Positions 1 through 10,478 are shown, counted from the first letter of the whole stretch. The stretch is 63,009 nucleotides of DNA, filler included, from Candidatus Omnitrophota bacterium (GCA_023140385.1; 5 parts of 5 records of this genome joined end to end with filler, not necessarily neighbours in it); one strand, 5' to 3'. A program made the numbers and translations. The notes: a model not told the origin generated them from the letters alone.

Positions 1-2450
1 GCGTTGTCGTAGGTGTAGGTGGTAGAAACACCGTTAGGCAGGTTCTTTTGGATTCTTCTGCTAATAGTGTCATAGGTGTAATAGGCCGCGGTACCTTGCG
101 GAGTATGAACGATACCAAGACGATTTAAGTTATCATAGGTGTAGGAAGCAACCTGGGCGTTGGGATAGCTAAGAGTTACACGATTGCCGACCTTATCATA
201 GGTGTAGGAAGTAATCCCGCCCGGAGTAGATACTATATTAATCGGGCGGTTGAGTTCGTTATAGGTGTAGGTGTAGCTTATATTGGCGTTGGCCTCAGAT
301 AAGAGGTTGCCCACAGGGTCATAGTCATTGGTAACGGCAGATGAGTCAGGATAGGTGGTTGTTTCTAATTGATTTATTTCATTATAGCTATAGTCAATAA
401 TATCTTCGCTTCTTTTTTGTTTCTGGACTAAGTTGTCGGCTTTGTCATAGCTGTAACTTTCATAAGAGGCATCAGGATAGGTCATGGTAGTCAGGCGGTT
501 CTTAGTGTCGTATTCAAAGGTGGTGGCGTTGTCTCTGGCATCGGTGATTTTGGTACGGTTGCCGACAGGGTCATATTCATAATGGGTAGAATGACCTAAA
601 GCGTCGGTTACAGTTATCAGGCGGTTTAAGTCATCGTAGGCATAGTAAGTTGAATTGCCTTCGGCGTCTTTGGTTTCTACCTTATTTGCTTCGGCGTCAT
701 AGAAGTATTCGGTAGTGTTATTCAAGGGGTCGGTAGTTGTTTTTAGTTTACCCAACTGGGTGTAGGTGTAGGTAGTAGTCAGGCCGAGGGCCTTAGTCTC
801 AGAGATCTTTCTATTCATTGAGTCATAAACATAGCTGGTCTCACTGCCCTGGGCATCTGTTACTTTAATTAGATTATCCATCTCGTCATACTCGTAAGTG
901 GTGGTATTACCTCTAGCGTCTGTTTTAGAAAGAAGCTGGCCGGCAATGTCATAATCAAAGGTGGTTTCGTTAAGCTTGGCGTCGGTAATTTTAAACTTAT
1001 AGCCGTAGGCGTCATATTCATAGCTGGCGGTGTGACTATTGGCGTCTGTAACAGTTTTAAGCAGGCCGTTAGGATAATAGGTGTAGGTAGTACTATTGCC
1101 TAAGGCGTCCTCTTTTTCTATAAGGTTACCTTTTTTGGCATAGTTGGGGTCTTGCTGGTCAAGTTCATAGTCATAGGTGCAGATGACAGTATAACCATGG
1201 CCTCTGGGGTCGGTAACGGTCTTAATTTTGTTAAAGGCGGGTTCATAGATATATCTCCAGGTATCATCTTCAGGGGTGCTGAGGTATTTCTTGGTAAGTT
1301 TATTGCCTGTCTCATCATAGGTATAAGAGACAGCGTGGTTGTTTTCGTCAATTTCAGAAGATAAAAGGTATCTGAAATCACTTATGCGAGCCTTAGTAGA
1401 GCTGAGAGGTTTGTTGATAAATAGCCATTCATGCCCCATAGTATAGGTGTAGACGGTACTCTTATTGCGTGCATCTGTTTCACTAGTAATGATAATATTG
1501 CGAAAATCATCCGCGAAAAGGGACTCAGTATATCTATAGGTTCTTTTTATCCCTTCAGGGCCGTAGACGCCGGTAACTCTGTCTTTATCATTGTCATAGG
1601 TATAAGTTACAGATGTCTCATCAGGGTAAGTAATTTTGGTTAAGTTACGGGAAGAGTTGTAGTCATAATAAGTTTTATTACCGGCCGGATCGGTAACTTT
1701 GCGCAATAAATATCCGCTATAATCATAATAGGTAGTGCGGCCGAGAGGATCGGTTACAGAACTGATACATCTGTTATCAGGCGTGTAGGTAAAGGTAAGA
1801 CTCCTGCCCACAGAGTCGGTAACTGCGGTCAACAGCAATCCCTGATAGGTAAAATCACCTATTGATACATCTTTTATCTCATAAGTTAGAGTAGTTAGAT
1901 TGCCATTGGCGTCTTCCATTTTGATAGGGATATTACCTAAAGGAGTAAAACCGAAGTGCTTCTTATTTTTAAATCTATCGGTAACGGTATAAATTCCCTG
2001 GCTGGCGTCAAAGAGCATAATGTCTTTATCGTTTTCGGTACTTTCATAATAGCATATAGGATAATCTGCTTCCCACTCATGGTAATGGAAAGATGTCTCG
2101 GTGCTGTCCGGCCTGAGTATATAAGGCTTGTAATCGTTAATATTTTTGTGAATAATGCGATAACCATAATTAAAGTTCCAACCATAACCAAAGGGCCCCA
2201 TATATTTGCTTTTTGAGTTATAGGTTCTGGTCAGCTCCAGGGGGAAGCCCGGCCCGGAAATATATATATCGGTTGCCGGCAGCATCAGCTTGCCCTCTGA
2301 GACCTTAACCTTGCTTTCCGCCTGAAGCCCCGGAATATCCAGCCTTGTCTCGGCTCTCAAGACAGACGGCGCTAAAAGACTAAATGTTAGTAAAAATAAC
2401 GGCCAGCGGTAAAATGCTTTATTTTTTCTTATATTTGCTAAAGGAATCAT
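1..2450 (-). CDS. Secreted RHS/YD-repeat protein (3' end outside window; at least 816 aa)
   Basis: Absent from the ORF track. I read the minus frame from ATG at 2450 to the window edge and found no stop. Starts MIPLANIRKNKAFYRWPLFLLTFSLLAPSVLRA (signal-like), then a DUF6531-like motif LELTRTYNSKS..GPFGYGWNFNY, then many YD repeats (e.g. VTDALGHSTHYEYDPVGNRTKITDA). ATGA overlap with the upstream gene's stop. Confidence 0.93.
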   Translation of the reverse strand, partial: MIPLANIRKNKAFYRWPLFLLTFSLLAPSVLRAETRLDIPGLQAESKVKVSEGKLMLPATDIYISGPGFPLELTRTYNSKSKYMGPFGYGWNFNYGYRIIHKNINDYKPYILRPDSTETSFHYHEWEADYPICYYESTENDKDIMLFDASQGIYTVTDRFKNKKHFGFTPLGNIPIKMEDANGNLTTLTYEIKDVSIGDFTYQGLLLTAVTDSVGRSLTFTYTPDNRCISSVTDPLGRTTYYDYSGYLLRKVTDPAGNKTYYDYNSSRNLTKITYPDETSVTYTYDNDKDRVTGVYGPEGIKRTYRYTESLFADDFRNIIITSETDARNKSTVYTYTMGHEWLFINKPLSSTKARISDFRYLLSSEIDENNHAVSYTYDETGNKLTKKYLSTPEDDTWRYIYEPAFNKIKTVTDPRGHGYTVICTYDYELDQQDPNYAKKGNLIEKEDALGNSTTYTYYPNGLLKTVTDANSHTASYEYDAYGYKFKITDAKLNETTFDYDIAGQLLSKTDARGNTTTYEYDEMDNLIKVTDAQGSETSYVYDSMNRKISETKALGLTTTYTYTQLGKLKTTTDPLNNTTEYFYDAEANKVETKDAEGNSTYYAYDDLNRLITVTDALGHSTHYEYDPVGNRTKITDARDNATTFEYDTKNRLTTMTYPDASYESYSYDKADNLVQKQKRSEDIIDYSYNEINQLETTTYPDSSAVTNDYDPVGNLLSEANANISYTYTYNELNRPINIVSTPGGITSYTYDKVGNRVTLSYPNAQVASYTYDNLNRLGIVHTPQGTAAYYTYDTISRRIQKNLPNGVSTTYTYDN

Positions 2451-3577
2451 TGCTGCCCCCCCTTAATAATTCTATTCGTATCGTAAACTATCATTCCTTT
2501 TTCTCCCGTCATTAAAATCTTTTGGCTGTCACTGCTGAATTTAGCCTTAATCTGCCTCTGGCTGTAACTGCCGGAATAGAGTATTTTATCCCCTTTTAAA
2601 AGATACAGATAACTTTCCTTGTTCCTCAATGACCAGCTTTTGGCCGCGGTGGCCAGCACCAGGCCTTCATCTGAAACCGATAGAGAGGTAAAAGGGCTGT
2701 TATAATTTAGTAAGCCCGCTAATTGCTTTTTCTTAAACACTTTTCCGCTTGATACATCATATAAACTCAGGCTATTATCCTGCCTTCTTCCCACGACAAG
2801 AAATTTGCCGTTCTTTGAAAGGCCAACGGCAATACCGCCAGACTCAATGGATTTTCGCCATAAAAGCCTTCCTTTTTTATTCAGGCAGTAAATATTGCTT
2901 TCAGAGGCGAAAATAACCTTGTCGGCTTTTTGAGATAAAACCACATAGCCGGTGGTAGAGCCCGGATGGTCAAACTTCCACAATTTTTTGCCGTTACTGC
3001 TAAAGAGAACTAAAAAACCGCTGGTCTTGCCTTTACCCATATTGGGAACATTTGCCAGGCAATAGCGGGCATCAGCCGAAAAAGATATTTTTAACCCTTT
3101 AATATCGCTAAAATTATGCTTGTTGGTAACCTTGCCATTTTTATCCAAAAAAGAAATTTGATTTTTGGCACTATTAGCCACTGCGAACCAACTGCTGTCA
3201 GGCGCGAGATAGGGATAGCCGCCCTCATCAATAGAAAACAGTAGCTTACCGTTGCTATCCATAAACTCTGTTTTTTCCACTAACTCTTTTACGCCCGGGC
3301 TGTAAGTAACAACAGCAAAGGTTCCCCCGTTTTCAGAAAGTACCGCAAACTGATTTTTCTGAAGGGGAAATTGCCGGCAAGAAAGGCCTTCTTTGTTTAT
3401 ATAAACAACTTCTTCTTGAGTAGCAACAACAAAACCGTTTTCAGAATTGAAGGATGTGCTAAATATTTCAGACTTGAAGTCCTTCTGGCTTAAAATAAGG
3501 GAATTTGCCGCTAAAATGGTTGAGTTTATAACTAAACTAAAGGCTACTGCTAATAAAAACATAACTTTATCTTTCAT
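2447..3577 (-). CDS. Secreted beta-propeller protein (WD40/PQQ-like), 376 aa
   Basis: N-terminal hydrophobic signal ending ILA; recurring blade motifs (LSENG, FSADA, LSKNG, VSDEG; GKKLWKF, GRLLWRK). Confidence 0.8.
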   Translation of the reverse strand: MKDKVMFLLAVAFSLVINSTILAANSLILSQKDFKSEIFSTSFNSENGFVVATQEEVVYINKEGLSCRQFPLQKNQFAVLSENGGTFAVVTYSPGVKELVEKTEFMDSNGKLLFSIDEGGYPYLAPDSSWFAVANSAKNQISFLDKNGKVTNKHNFSDIKGLKISFSADARYCLANVPNMGKGKTSGFLVLFSSNGKKLWKFDHPGSTTGYVVLSQKADKVIFASESNIYCLNKKGRLLWRKSIESGGIAVGLSKNGKFLVVGRRQDNSLSLYDVSSGKVFKKKQLAGLLNYNSPFTSLSVSDEGLVLATAAKSWSLRNKESYLYLLKGDKILYSGSYSQRQIKAKFSSDSQKILMTGEKGMIVYDTNRIIKGGQQ

Positions 3578-6500
3578 AGCCGGCCTCCATCTCCCAAAGC
3601 GAATATCCCCAAGGCGTGCCGCGTTCTGTGCCGTACATTCTTAAATAACGGGTATTGATTAAAAGAGAAATAATTTCATCTGTACCGCCGCCACTGTCGG
3701 TAACAGTATAAATGTCTCGCCAGTCAACCGCGTTATCTGATATCTGCAATTGATATGACTTAGCATAAGCGGTTTCCCAGTCAAGAATAATCTTATTTAC
3801 GGTTTGAATTGAGCCAAAGTCAAGCTGAAGCCACTGGGGATCAAAATGCTGGGACGACCAGCGGGTAGAAGGATCTCCGTCAATAACCCTGTCTGCCTCA
3901 AGCCCGCCTCCTTCAATGGATGAACCGGTAGCAGTAGTCGTAAAAAGATCAATCTCCCAGAGCGAATAACCCCAGCCGGTGCTTGGTTGAGTACAGCTTA
4001 CTTTCAGATAGCCGGCTGTCTGTTCGCCAACATAGACGACGTCCGCTCCACCATCACCGCTGGCGGTTGAATAAATAGTTGTCCAATTAACGGCATCATT
4101 TGAAACCTGCAACTCATAGGACTCAGCATAAGCCGTCTCCCAATTCAAAATAACTGTATTAAAGGTTTTTGGCAGGCCAAAGCCAAAATATATCCATTCA
4201 TTATCTGTCGAGGCAGATGACCAGCGGGTATTAAAGTCGCCGTCAAAGGATTTTTGAGCTTCAAAGCCTGTTTCTTCAATTGACGACGCGACGACATCGG
4301 CATAGTGTGTGTCATAATATACCTCAAACTCCCAGAGCGAATAACCCCACGGCGTGCCGCGTTCTGTTCCGTAGAGACGGATATATCCGGCACTAACAGT
4401 GCTAAACTCAATCTCGTCTATATCGCCGTCGCTTGTAGTGGTGGAATATACATCAGTCCAGTTGGTGGAGTCGCTTGAAACCTGTATTGAATAAGACTTA
4501 CCATAAGCGCTCTCCCATTTCAGGATAACCTTATTCACCGGCTGTTCCCCTCCCAGGTCAATTTGATACCACTGCGGATCAAAGTGCTGAGATGACCAGC
4601 GGGTATTTAAACTGCCGTCTACAGCCATAGAAGGAGTCGTGCCCTGGTTTTCCTCACTTGAAGCTGAGGTTATCTTGTCTTTAGCCAAATTATTGGCTAA
4701 AGTAAAGTAGTCATTACTTTCATCGGCGGCCGCGCTTCCACTTGCGTCACAAGCAGTAACTTTAATTAAATATCTATCACCTTGTGGCAAGCCGATTGTT
4801 TTTAAACAGTAAATGCCGTCATTAACCTCATCCAAAGCTAAATCCTGCCACTTTATAAACCTAATTTCATCAAAATAGACAGTACCTGAACCGGAGCCGA
4901 CAGAGTCGGCAAAGGTAATGGAGAAGTTATCCAGAATACTGCTCTCTACATTACCAAAATCGGATAGCGGGATAGTCACCTTCTGCCAATCAGTAGTCAC
5001 TCCGCCCGGCAGGTAATTGGTTACTAAAAGCTTAGTTTCAGTCCAGGATGAATCTTTCAGGCCAATTTTAAACATCTCCTGCCCGATAGAGCCTTTAATC
5101 AGGAGGCTTATATAGGCATAAGCGCTCATATCCGGTTGAGTACAAAGTCCCGTCAAATACCCGGCATAGCCGCCGGCCGTATTATAATTTAATTGTAACG
5201 ATATGCCGCTGCCATCATAAACAATAGCGGGATTACTGTTGAATATAACTTCTATGCCGGCGCCGGCGCCGCTCCACGTTTCTGACAAAGCATCAAGACA
5301 ATTTGTCCAATGGCCGCCGCTAAAATCATCTACCAGAGTCTGATTCAAAGAGTTGCTATATTGAATATCTATGTTCAACGTATCCGCGGGGTCAGGATCA
5401 GCCGCCTGCCAGAGCAGGTTAAATGTGTCTGAAGAAATAACCTCTTTGCCGTCAGGTGAAATTACGGTAATATTCGGGGCCTCATTAACAGCATCCAAAA
5501 TAATTTCTACCGGCGGACTTGATTCGATCGACCAGTTGCCGGCAGCGTCTTGAGAAGCGGTTGTCAGCTGATAACTACCGTCTCCATCGGTTAAAGTTAT
5601 ATTCATATTGTAAGCGGCGCTTACAGCCTGGGTGCTGTACTCTACAAGTCCTGAAATGGGTTGGTTTACCCATATATAAACGGCGGTATTGGTTTCCGCG
5701 GTGCCGCTAACATTAACAAGCGGATCGCTGACAGGACTGTCTATCTCATTTACTGTTGGTACTGCTGGAGCAGTCTGGTCTAAAACGGTAGCCTGAACGG
5801 CTGAATTTAAAGTAACGTTTCCATTTTCATCAATGGCATAAACATAGATGCACTTATACCCTTCGCCAGATATATTTATCATAGCGGTAAAGGTACCGTC
5901 TTCCCCGACAATCACCGGCGACTGTTCCCAGCGGCCGCAATTAGGAACTTCAACTACAGGAATTATTGTCTGGCCCGGGGCGCCTGTGCCGGTTACGGTT
6001 ATATTCTCCTGGTTGGTTATTCCCGGAATAACATCAATAACCGGAGCTTCAGAAAAGTCAACGGTGGCAAAGTGAATATCATCAAGGTAGATTACCCCCG
6101 ACATTTCTTCCCCCTCAAAAACAACCTGTATTTCCACAAGCCTGCCGACATCTACTCCCTGCGCGATAAAGTCTAATAAAGGTATATTTACCCTCTGCCA
6201 ATCCGTGGTTATATTAGTATAGCGCCTAATATCAACAAATCTTCTATCGTAGGAGTTATCTTCCCTGCTATACCCAAGATAAATATTTGATTTTTCTCCG
6301 CCAACAGAACCTTTAATATAAAAGGAGAGGCTGTTGCAGTTTGAAGCGTCCAGGTTGTTCAAGATACATTTCCAGACAGCATAATTATTAGGGGACGCGA
6401 TACCGCTATAGGTAAGATTGTAACCATAGGCAGAGTTATTGTAGGCGTTAGCGGCATCATAACTGCCGGAGATAGTCCCCAGGCCGCCCGCAAATGTCTC

Positions 6501-9500
6501 TATAGCGCCGCCTAAACTATTATGATCGCCGGCGCCATTAAAGGTGCTGACAATTATAGGCTCAATCGTCTTTTCAAACCTAAGTTCATCCACATAAACA
6601 CTTCCGCTTGCGGGGCCTCCGAGGTTATTGTCAAAACTAATAGAAATGCTGTCCATAGACGCCCAGTTGGCTATGCTTGTGAAAGCAGATAGAGGTATAA
6701 TCACCTTTTGCCAGTCAGTAGTTACGCCGACAAACAGGTAATCGTCAGCCAAAACCTTAGTTTCATTGTACGAGGTGTCTTTTAAGCCTACCTTCAGCCT
6801 CTCTCCTCCGGCATCACCCTTTATCCAAAAACTCAAGGCTTTATATTCCGCAAGGTCAATTGAAATAGCCGTCCAATATCCGGTGTAAGCATCCGCCTGA
6901 CTAACATCATAAGCAAGCTGCAATGAGTAACCGGTCTGACCGTACGTATTATTTAAGTCAGCATTGTAATAGGATGCCTGACAACTGCCGTTATCGCTGC
7001 CCCAAACTCCTGACCAGCCTCCCGCTTCATTGGGATCTGAACCGTCATTAAAATCATCAACCAGCAAAGAGGCGCTTTCGCCAATAGTTATTTGATAATG
7101 GGTGGTCTCTGACCAGTTGCCCGCCCTGTCTTTAGCTTTAACGTGAAAATAATAACTGCCGACAGCTAAATCATAAATTTTTGAGGTAATTAAACCTTCA
7201 CCTGTGTCGTCGGCAATTGTACCGGCATTCTCGTCTAAAATAAAGGAGTAGTCAACTATGCCATTAGCATCCTCTGCCTTCCAGATAAAGGTAACTTTAT
7301 TGCAAGTTACGTTATGCGTAGTCGGTAAAGTAATAACCGGAGCCTCAGGCAGTGTAGTATCAAGTGAGTAGTCCAGTGTCCATTGCCAGCTAAGAGCGTT
7401 TTGAAGGACATTGCCCAAGTAGTCATCCGCCCGGATTAGTTCTATATTGACCAGGTGATAGTCAGGCCAGATTATACCTATAGCAGAGGGGTTAAAAGTT
7501 AAAGTTTCCGTCTCTTCATCGTAGGTTAAGGCGGGTGAATTTATGTCATATTCACCGCCCTCTACTCCAAGCCTTATAGTCTGAGGGTCCACACCTGTAC
7601 CCTGGTTGTCAGTTAGATGAAGGCTGATAACAGGATTACCGGACGACGCGTAAGGAGCCGGACTGGGCGTATCGGCGTCCGGGCCTTGAGTATCAATAAA
7701 AACCTGATAATGGTTAGCTTCTGACCAGTTGCCTGACCCATCCTGAAGACGGGCGCGAAAGTACCATATTCCATCATCAATATCGGTATAGTTTATTAAA
7801 TTGCTGCTGCCGTCAGCAGTTGTGTCGGGTATAGTATCTTTTATTTTATCCAATATATAGCTGTAAGCAATAATGCCGCTGGGGTCATCAGGAACAGAGA
7901 TAGTAATCTGCGGGTCATTATTATTGAAACCGCGCGCGGTGATATTAAAGTTGTCAATACAATAGGCGGCGCCCCCGGGATTGGTGCCATAGACTAATTT
8001 CATATAGCCGGTGGAATCCCAGTCGGCCATAATCAGCTCTTTAACCTGGAAGTTATCAGTTCTGGCTTTGAGCATCTCATACAAATTAAACTCCGCGTGC
8101 CGCCAGGTATCGTCTTTTATCACTCCTTCTACAGCGCCGATTAGTTCCATATTAAGCCGCCAGTAATTTTTAGGGTCATCGGTAAAGACAATATCATACC
8201 AAGTCTCATCACCCTCCAGTTTAACCAGAAAGTTTATTTTAACATCCTCTGTAATTTTATAATCAAAACTGACCATGGGATACTGGCTGGCGTCAAAGGC
8301 GGTTGTTCTGATATTTGAAGCGAAGTTGCCGCCATATAACTGATTTATCAGCTCTAAGGCGTTAGTATTATCGGGAGTAACCGCGTTTTCCAGGAAAAGA
8401 GTGGCACCCGCGTCTCCGTCTCTATTCGACCACTGATCCAGGCCGTTTTCAAAAGTATTCTGGCAAACTGAAGGATGAGTGGAAGAAGTAATAGTCGGCG
8501 CCGGCGAAGGGGTATTGTCATTAAAGGTAACGCTGTCTGATTTAGAACTATCACTTAAAGAAACGGCGGTAATAATCTCCGATTCCTGATAAGCGGCGAT
8601 TGTCTTTTGGGACTGTGAGCTATTAATATCTACCTCGGCCCGGCCTCTAAAAATACCCGAGGCAGTTTCAGTTTCTTCCAACTGCAGGTCGATGCCCTGA
8701 GGGTCTGTTTGGCTTGAGGTAAGGGAAACAGAGGTTTTGTCTTTGGTGTTTGGATCCGGGTCAACGGCATCTATCTGGATATAGAGAGTATCGCCTAAGT
8801 CAACAGTACCTGTAAAATCAGCCGAATAATCAGCGTTTTTAAATTTAAGACTGTTTACCGTAAGCGCGGGTTCCGCGGCTACAACAGTAACCGCCTCAGA
8901 CTCCGGACTGATTTGCCCAAACTGGTCTATAGCCTTAGCCGTAATCTCGTTAATGCCATCGGATAAAGGAAGATTGTCCAAACTAAATGCTCCGTCCGAA
9001 GCCGCTGTAGTTTCAGCCTTTAAAAAACCATTAACATAAAACTCAATGGATAAATTCGGATCTGAAGTTCCCGCGATTGTAATTAACCTGTCCTGTGTAG
9101 GCGAAGGCGGCTGGTTCAAAACCGGTTTTTGAGGCAGGGAAACTTTTTCAAAAATGGCAAAGTAAGTGTAAGGAAGGCCTATTTTGGTTATGAGCGCTGT
9201 GAGCTTGTTATTAACAGTATCTACGGTAGTGGGCAGGTAGTCCCAGCGGCCGGTATCAGAATTATAAGCGTAAATGCAGAGTTTAGCTTCATCGCCTCCG
9301 GCCAAGTCAGCGTCGCTGTAATACATCTCTAAGGTAACGGTTTTTGTAAACTCTATGCCGGTTGACTGTATCTCATAAACCTGGCCGATGAGATTATATC
9401 CTTCATCAATAGAAACGGACTGGCTGTCAAGGCTGTTTATGGCTATTACCTGAAAGTCATCTTCTATAGCCTGCTCAGGGATATATAAAACAATATTTCC

Positions 9501-10409
9501 GTCGGGGCTGACGGCGCTGGAGGCATAAGTGGAGCCGGCTACCCGGCCAACCTGAAGGATTACCTCATCGCTGACTTCATGGCCGCTTATATCCTTTACT
9601 CTCAACCTAACAGTATAGATGCCGTTTAAATCAATTGACCAGGGATACCAGGGATAGTCGTACTCGGTTAAGCCGGTCTCCCAGGTAGCTAAATTACCGT
9701 AGATAGTTAAATTACCCTCCATAAACACTATAGGTGAAGTATCGTTCATTTGAGGCGTGCTTGAAGTAACGATCGGGGTCCAGACTGTAGGATTAATACC
9801 CGCGCCATACTCAACGGTATAAGAAGCAAACTCCTCCCCGCCGGCCTGGCCAAAGATGGGAACCATAGCCCTGACCAGCGAGCCGGATAAAGGCACACTT
9901 ATTTTGGCGGTTAAGGTCTTATTCGCGATAACCCTGATAACTTTTGTTGTTTTAACCTCCTGAGTGCCAACATCAACAAGATTAAGAGTAACCTCGGCCG
10001 AAGAGTTAGCAGGGGTGCCCGCGGTCGCGGCAAAGGTTAGTTCAATACATTCAAGGATTTCATCCGCCAAGTCCAGAACATTGGTATTACCCGAAATCGT
10101 CAGCCACGAAGGCAGGCTTGAGACAACCTGAACCTCGGGGGTAGTAGAAATCAAAGATTTCTCATATGAAAACAGAGCCTCTTTGGGGGAATCACCGGTT
10201 ACGTTAAGAGGATATATTTCATACTCAGAAAAATCTTTCGAGCTTACCTGAACAAAGGTGGGATCCTTCGAACCTCCATCTGTATTGCCGTCGGCGTTTT
10301 TCTGCGCCTCCTCTATTTTGCATTTATCCCCTTTTTCCCCAAAGGCAGTGCCTGATATTAACAATAAAATCATCAGCAAAAAAAGTGCCCGTTTTAATAG
10401 TATTTTCAC
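3567..10409 (-). CDS. Giant secreted multidomain protein (2280 aa): Ig-like/FnIII domains, 3-4 CBM11-like beta-sandwich modules, three C-terminal F5/8 type C (discoidin/CBM32) domains
   Basis: GTG start; signal peptide MKILLKRALFLLMILLLISGTAFG. Repeated S(F/L)xIKG..TTDWQ(K/R)VxIPLxxF..(V/I)YxD(E/D)xxF modules; three DG..TRWSS....W.....G..WGYSLWE repeats. No catalytic domain recognised. Confidence 0.85.
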   Translation of the reverse strand: MKILLKRALFLLMILLLISGTAFGEKGDKCKIEEAQKNADGNTDGGSKDPTFVQVSSKDFSEYEIYPLNVTGDSPKEALFSYEKSLISTTPEVQVVSSLPSWLTISGNTNVLDLADEILECIELTFAATAGTPANSSAEVTLNLVDVGTQEVKTTKVIRVIANKTLTAKISVPLSGSLVRAMVPIFGQAGGEEFASYTVEYGAGINPTVWTPIVTSSTPQMNDTSPIVFMEGNLTIYGNLATWETGLTEYDYPWYPWSIDLNGIYTVRLRVKDISGHEVSDEVILQVGRVAGSTYASSAVSPDGNIVLYIPEQAIEDDFQVIAINSLDSQSVSIDEGYNLIGQVYEIQSTGIEFTKTVTLEMYYSDADLAGGDEAKLCIYAYNSDTGRWDYLPTTVDTVNNKLTALITKIGLPYTYFAIFEKVSLPQKPVLNQPPSPTQDRLITIAGTSDPNLSIEFYVNGFLKAETTAASDGAFSLDNLPLSDGINEITAKAIDQFGQISPESEAVTVVAAEPALTVNSLKFKNADYSADFTGTVDLGDTLYIQIDAVDPDPNTKDKTSVSLTSSQTDPQGIDLQLEETETASGIFRGRAEVDINSSQSQKTIAAYQESEIITAVSLSDSSKSDSVTFNDNTPSPAPTITSSTHPSVCQNTFENGLDQWSNRDGDAGATLFLENAVTPDNTNALELINQLYGGNFASNIRTTAFDASQYPMVSFDYKITEDVKINFLVKLEGDETWYDIVFTDDPKNYWRLNMELIGAVEGVIKDDTWRHAEFNLYEMLKARTDNFQVKELIMADWDSTGYMKLVYGTNPGGAAYCIDNFNITARGFNNNDPQITISVPDDPSGIIAYSYILDKIKDTIPDTTADGSSNLINYTDIDDGIWYFRARLQDGSGNWSEANHYQVFIDTQGPDADTPSPAPYASSGNPVISLHLTDNQGTGVDPQTIRLGVEGGEYDINSPALTYDEETETLTFNPSAIGIIWPDYHLVNIELIRADDYLGNVLQNALSWQWTLDYSLDTTLPEAPVITLPTTHNVTCNKVTFIWKAEDANGIVDYSFILDENAGTIADDTGEGLITSKIYDLAVGSYYFHVKAKDRAGNWSETTHYQITIGESASLLVDDFNDGSDPNEAGGWSGVWGSDNGSCQASYYNADLNNTYGQTGYSLQLAYDVSQADAYTGYWTAISIDLAEYKALSFWIKGDAGGERLKVGLKDTSYNETKVLADDYLFVGVTTDWQKVIIPLSAFTSIANWASMDSISISFDNNLGGPASGSVYVDELRFEKTIEPIIVSTFNGAGDHNSLGGAIETFAGGLGTISGSYDAANAYNNSAYGYNLTYSGIASPNNYAVWKCILNNLDASNCNSLSFYIKGSVGGEKSNIYLGYSREDNSYDRRFVDIRRYTNITTDWQRVNIPLLDFIAQGVDVGRLVEIQVVFEGEEMSGVIYLDDIHFATVDFSEAPVIDVIPGITNQENITVTGTGAPGQTIIPVVEVPNCGRWEQSPVIVGEDGTFTAMINISGEGYKCIYVYAIDENGNVTLNSAVQATVLDQTAPAVPTVNEIDSPVSDPLVNVSGTAETNTAVYIWVNQPISGLVEYSTQAVSAAYNMNITLTDGDGSYQLTTASQDAAGNWSIESSPPVEIILDAVNEAPNITVISPDGKEVISSDTFNLLWQAADPDPADTLNIDIQYSNSLNQTLVDDFSGGHWTNCLDALSETWSGAGAGIEVIFNSNPAIVYDGSGISLQLNYNTAGGYAGYLTGLCTQPDMSAYAYISLLIKGSIGQEMFKIGLKDSSWTETKLLVTNYLPGGVTTDWQKVTIPLSDFGNVESSILDNFSITFADSVGSGSGTVYFDEIRFIKWQDLALDEVNDGIYCLKTIGLPQGDRYLIKVTACDASGSAAADESNDYFTLANNLAKDKITSASSEENQGTTPSMAVDGSLNTRWSSQHFDPQWYQIDLGGEQPVNKVILKWESAYGKSYSIQVSSDSTNWTDVYSTTTSDGDIDEIEFSTVSAGYIRLYGTERGTPWGYSLWEFEVYYDTHYADVVASSIEETGFEAQKSFDGDFNTRWSSASTDNEWIYFGFGLPKTFNTVILNWETAYAESYELQVSNDAVNWTTIYSTASGDGGADVVYVGEQTAGYLKVSCTQPSTGWGYSLWEIDLFTTTATGSSIEGGGLEADRVIDGDPSTRWSSQHFDPQWLQLDFGSIQTVNKIILDWETAYAKSYQLQISDNAVDWRDIYTVTDSGGGTDEIISLLINTRYLRMYGTERGTPWGYSLWEMEAGYER

Positions 10410-10478
10410 TTTTTTTCTCCCGCTTTAAAAAACCAGTTGAAAAGTTTTTTATATCGTTTTGAGATTTTCGTCTTTTAC

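Noticed and set aside
1..2216. Recurring GTAGGTGTAGGT / GTCATAGGT words as a CRISPR-like or tandem DNA array, and the five short ORFs listed here
   Set aside because: The words are the antisense of TYTY/YD codons in the RHS gene. There is no constant repeat-spacer period, and the short ORFs are shadows of the long minus-strand frame.
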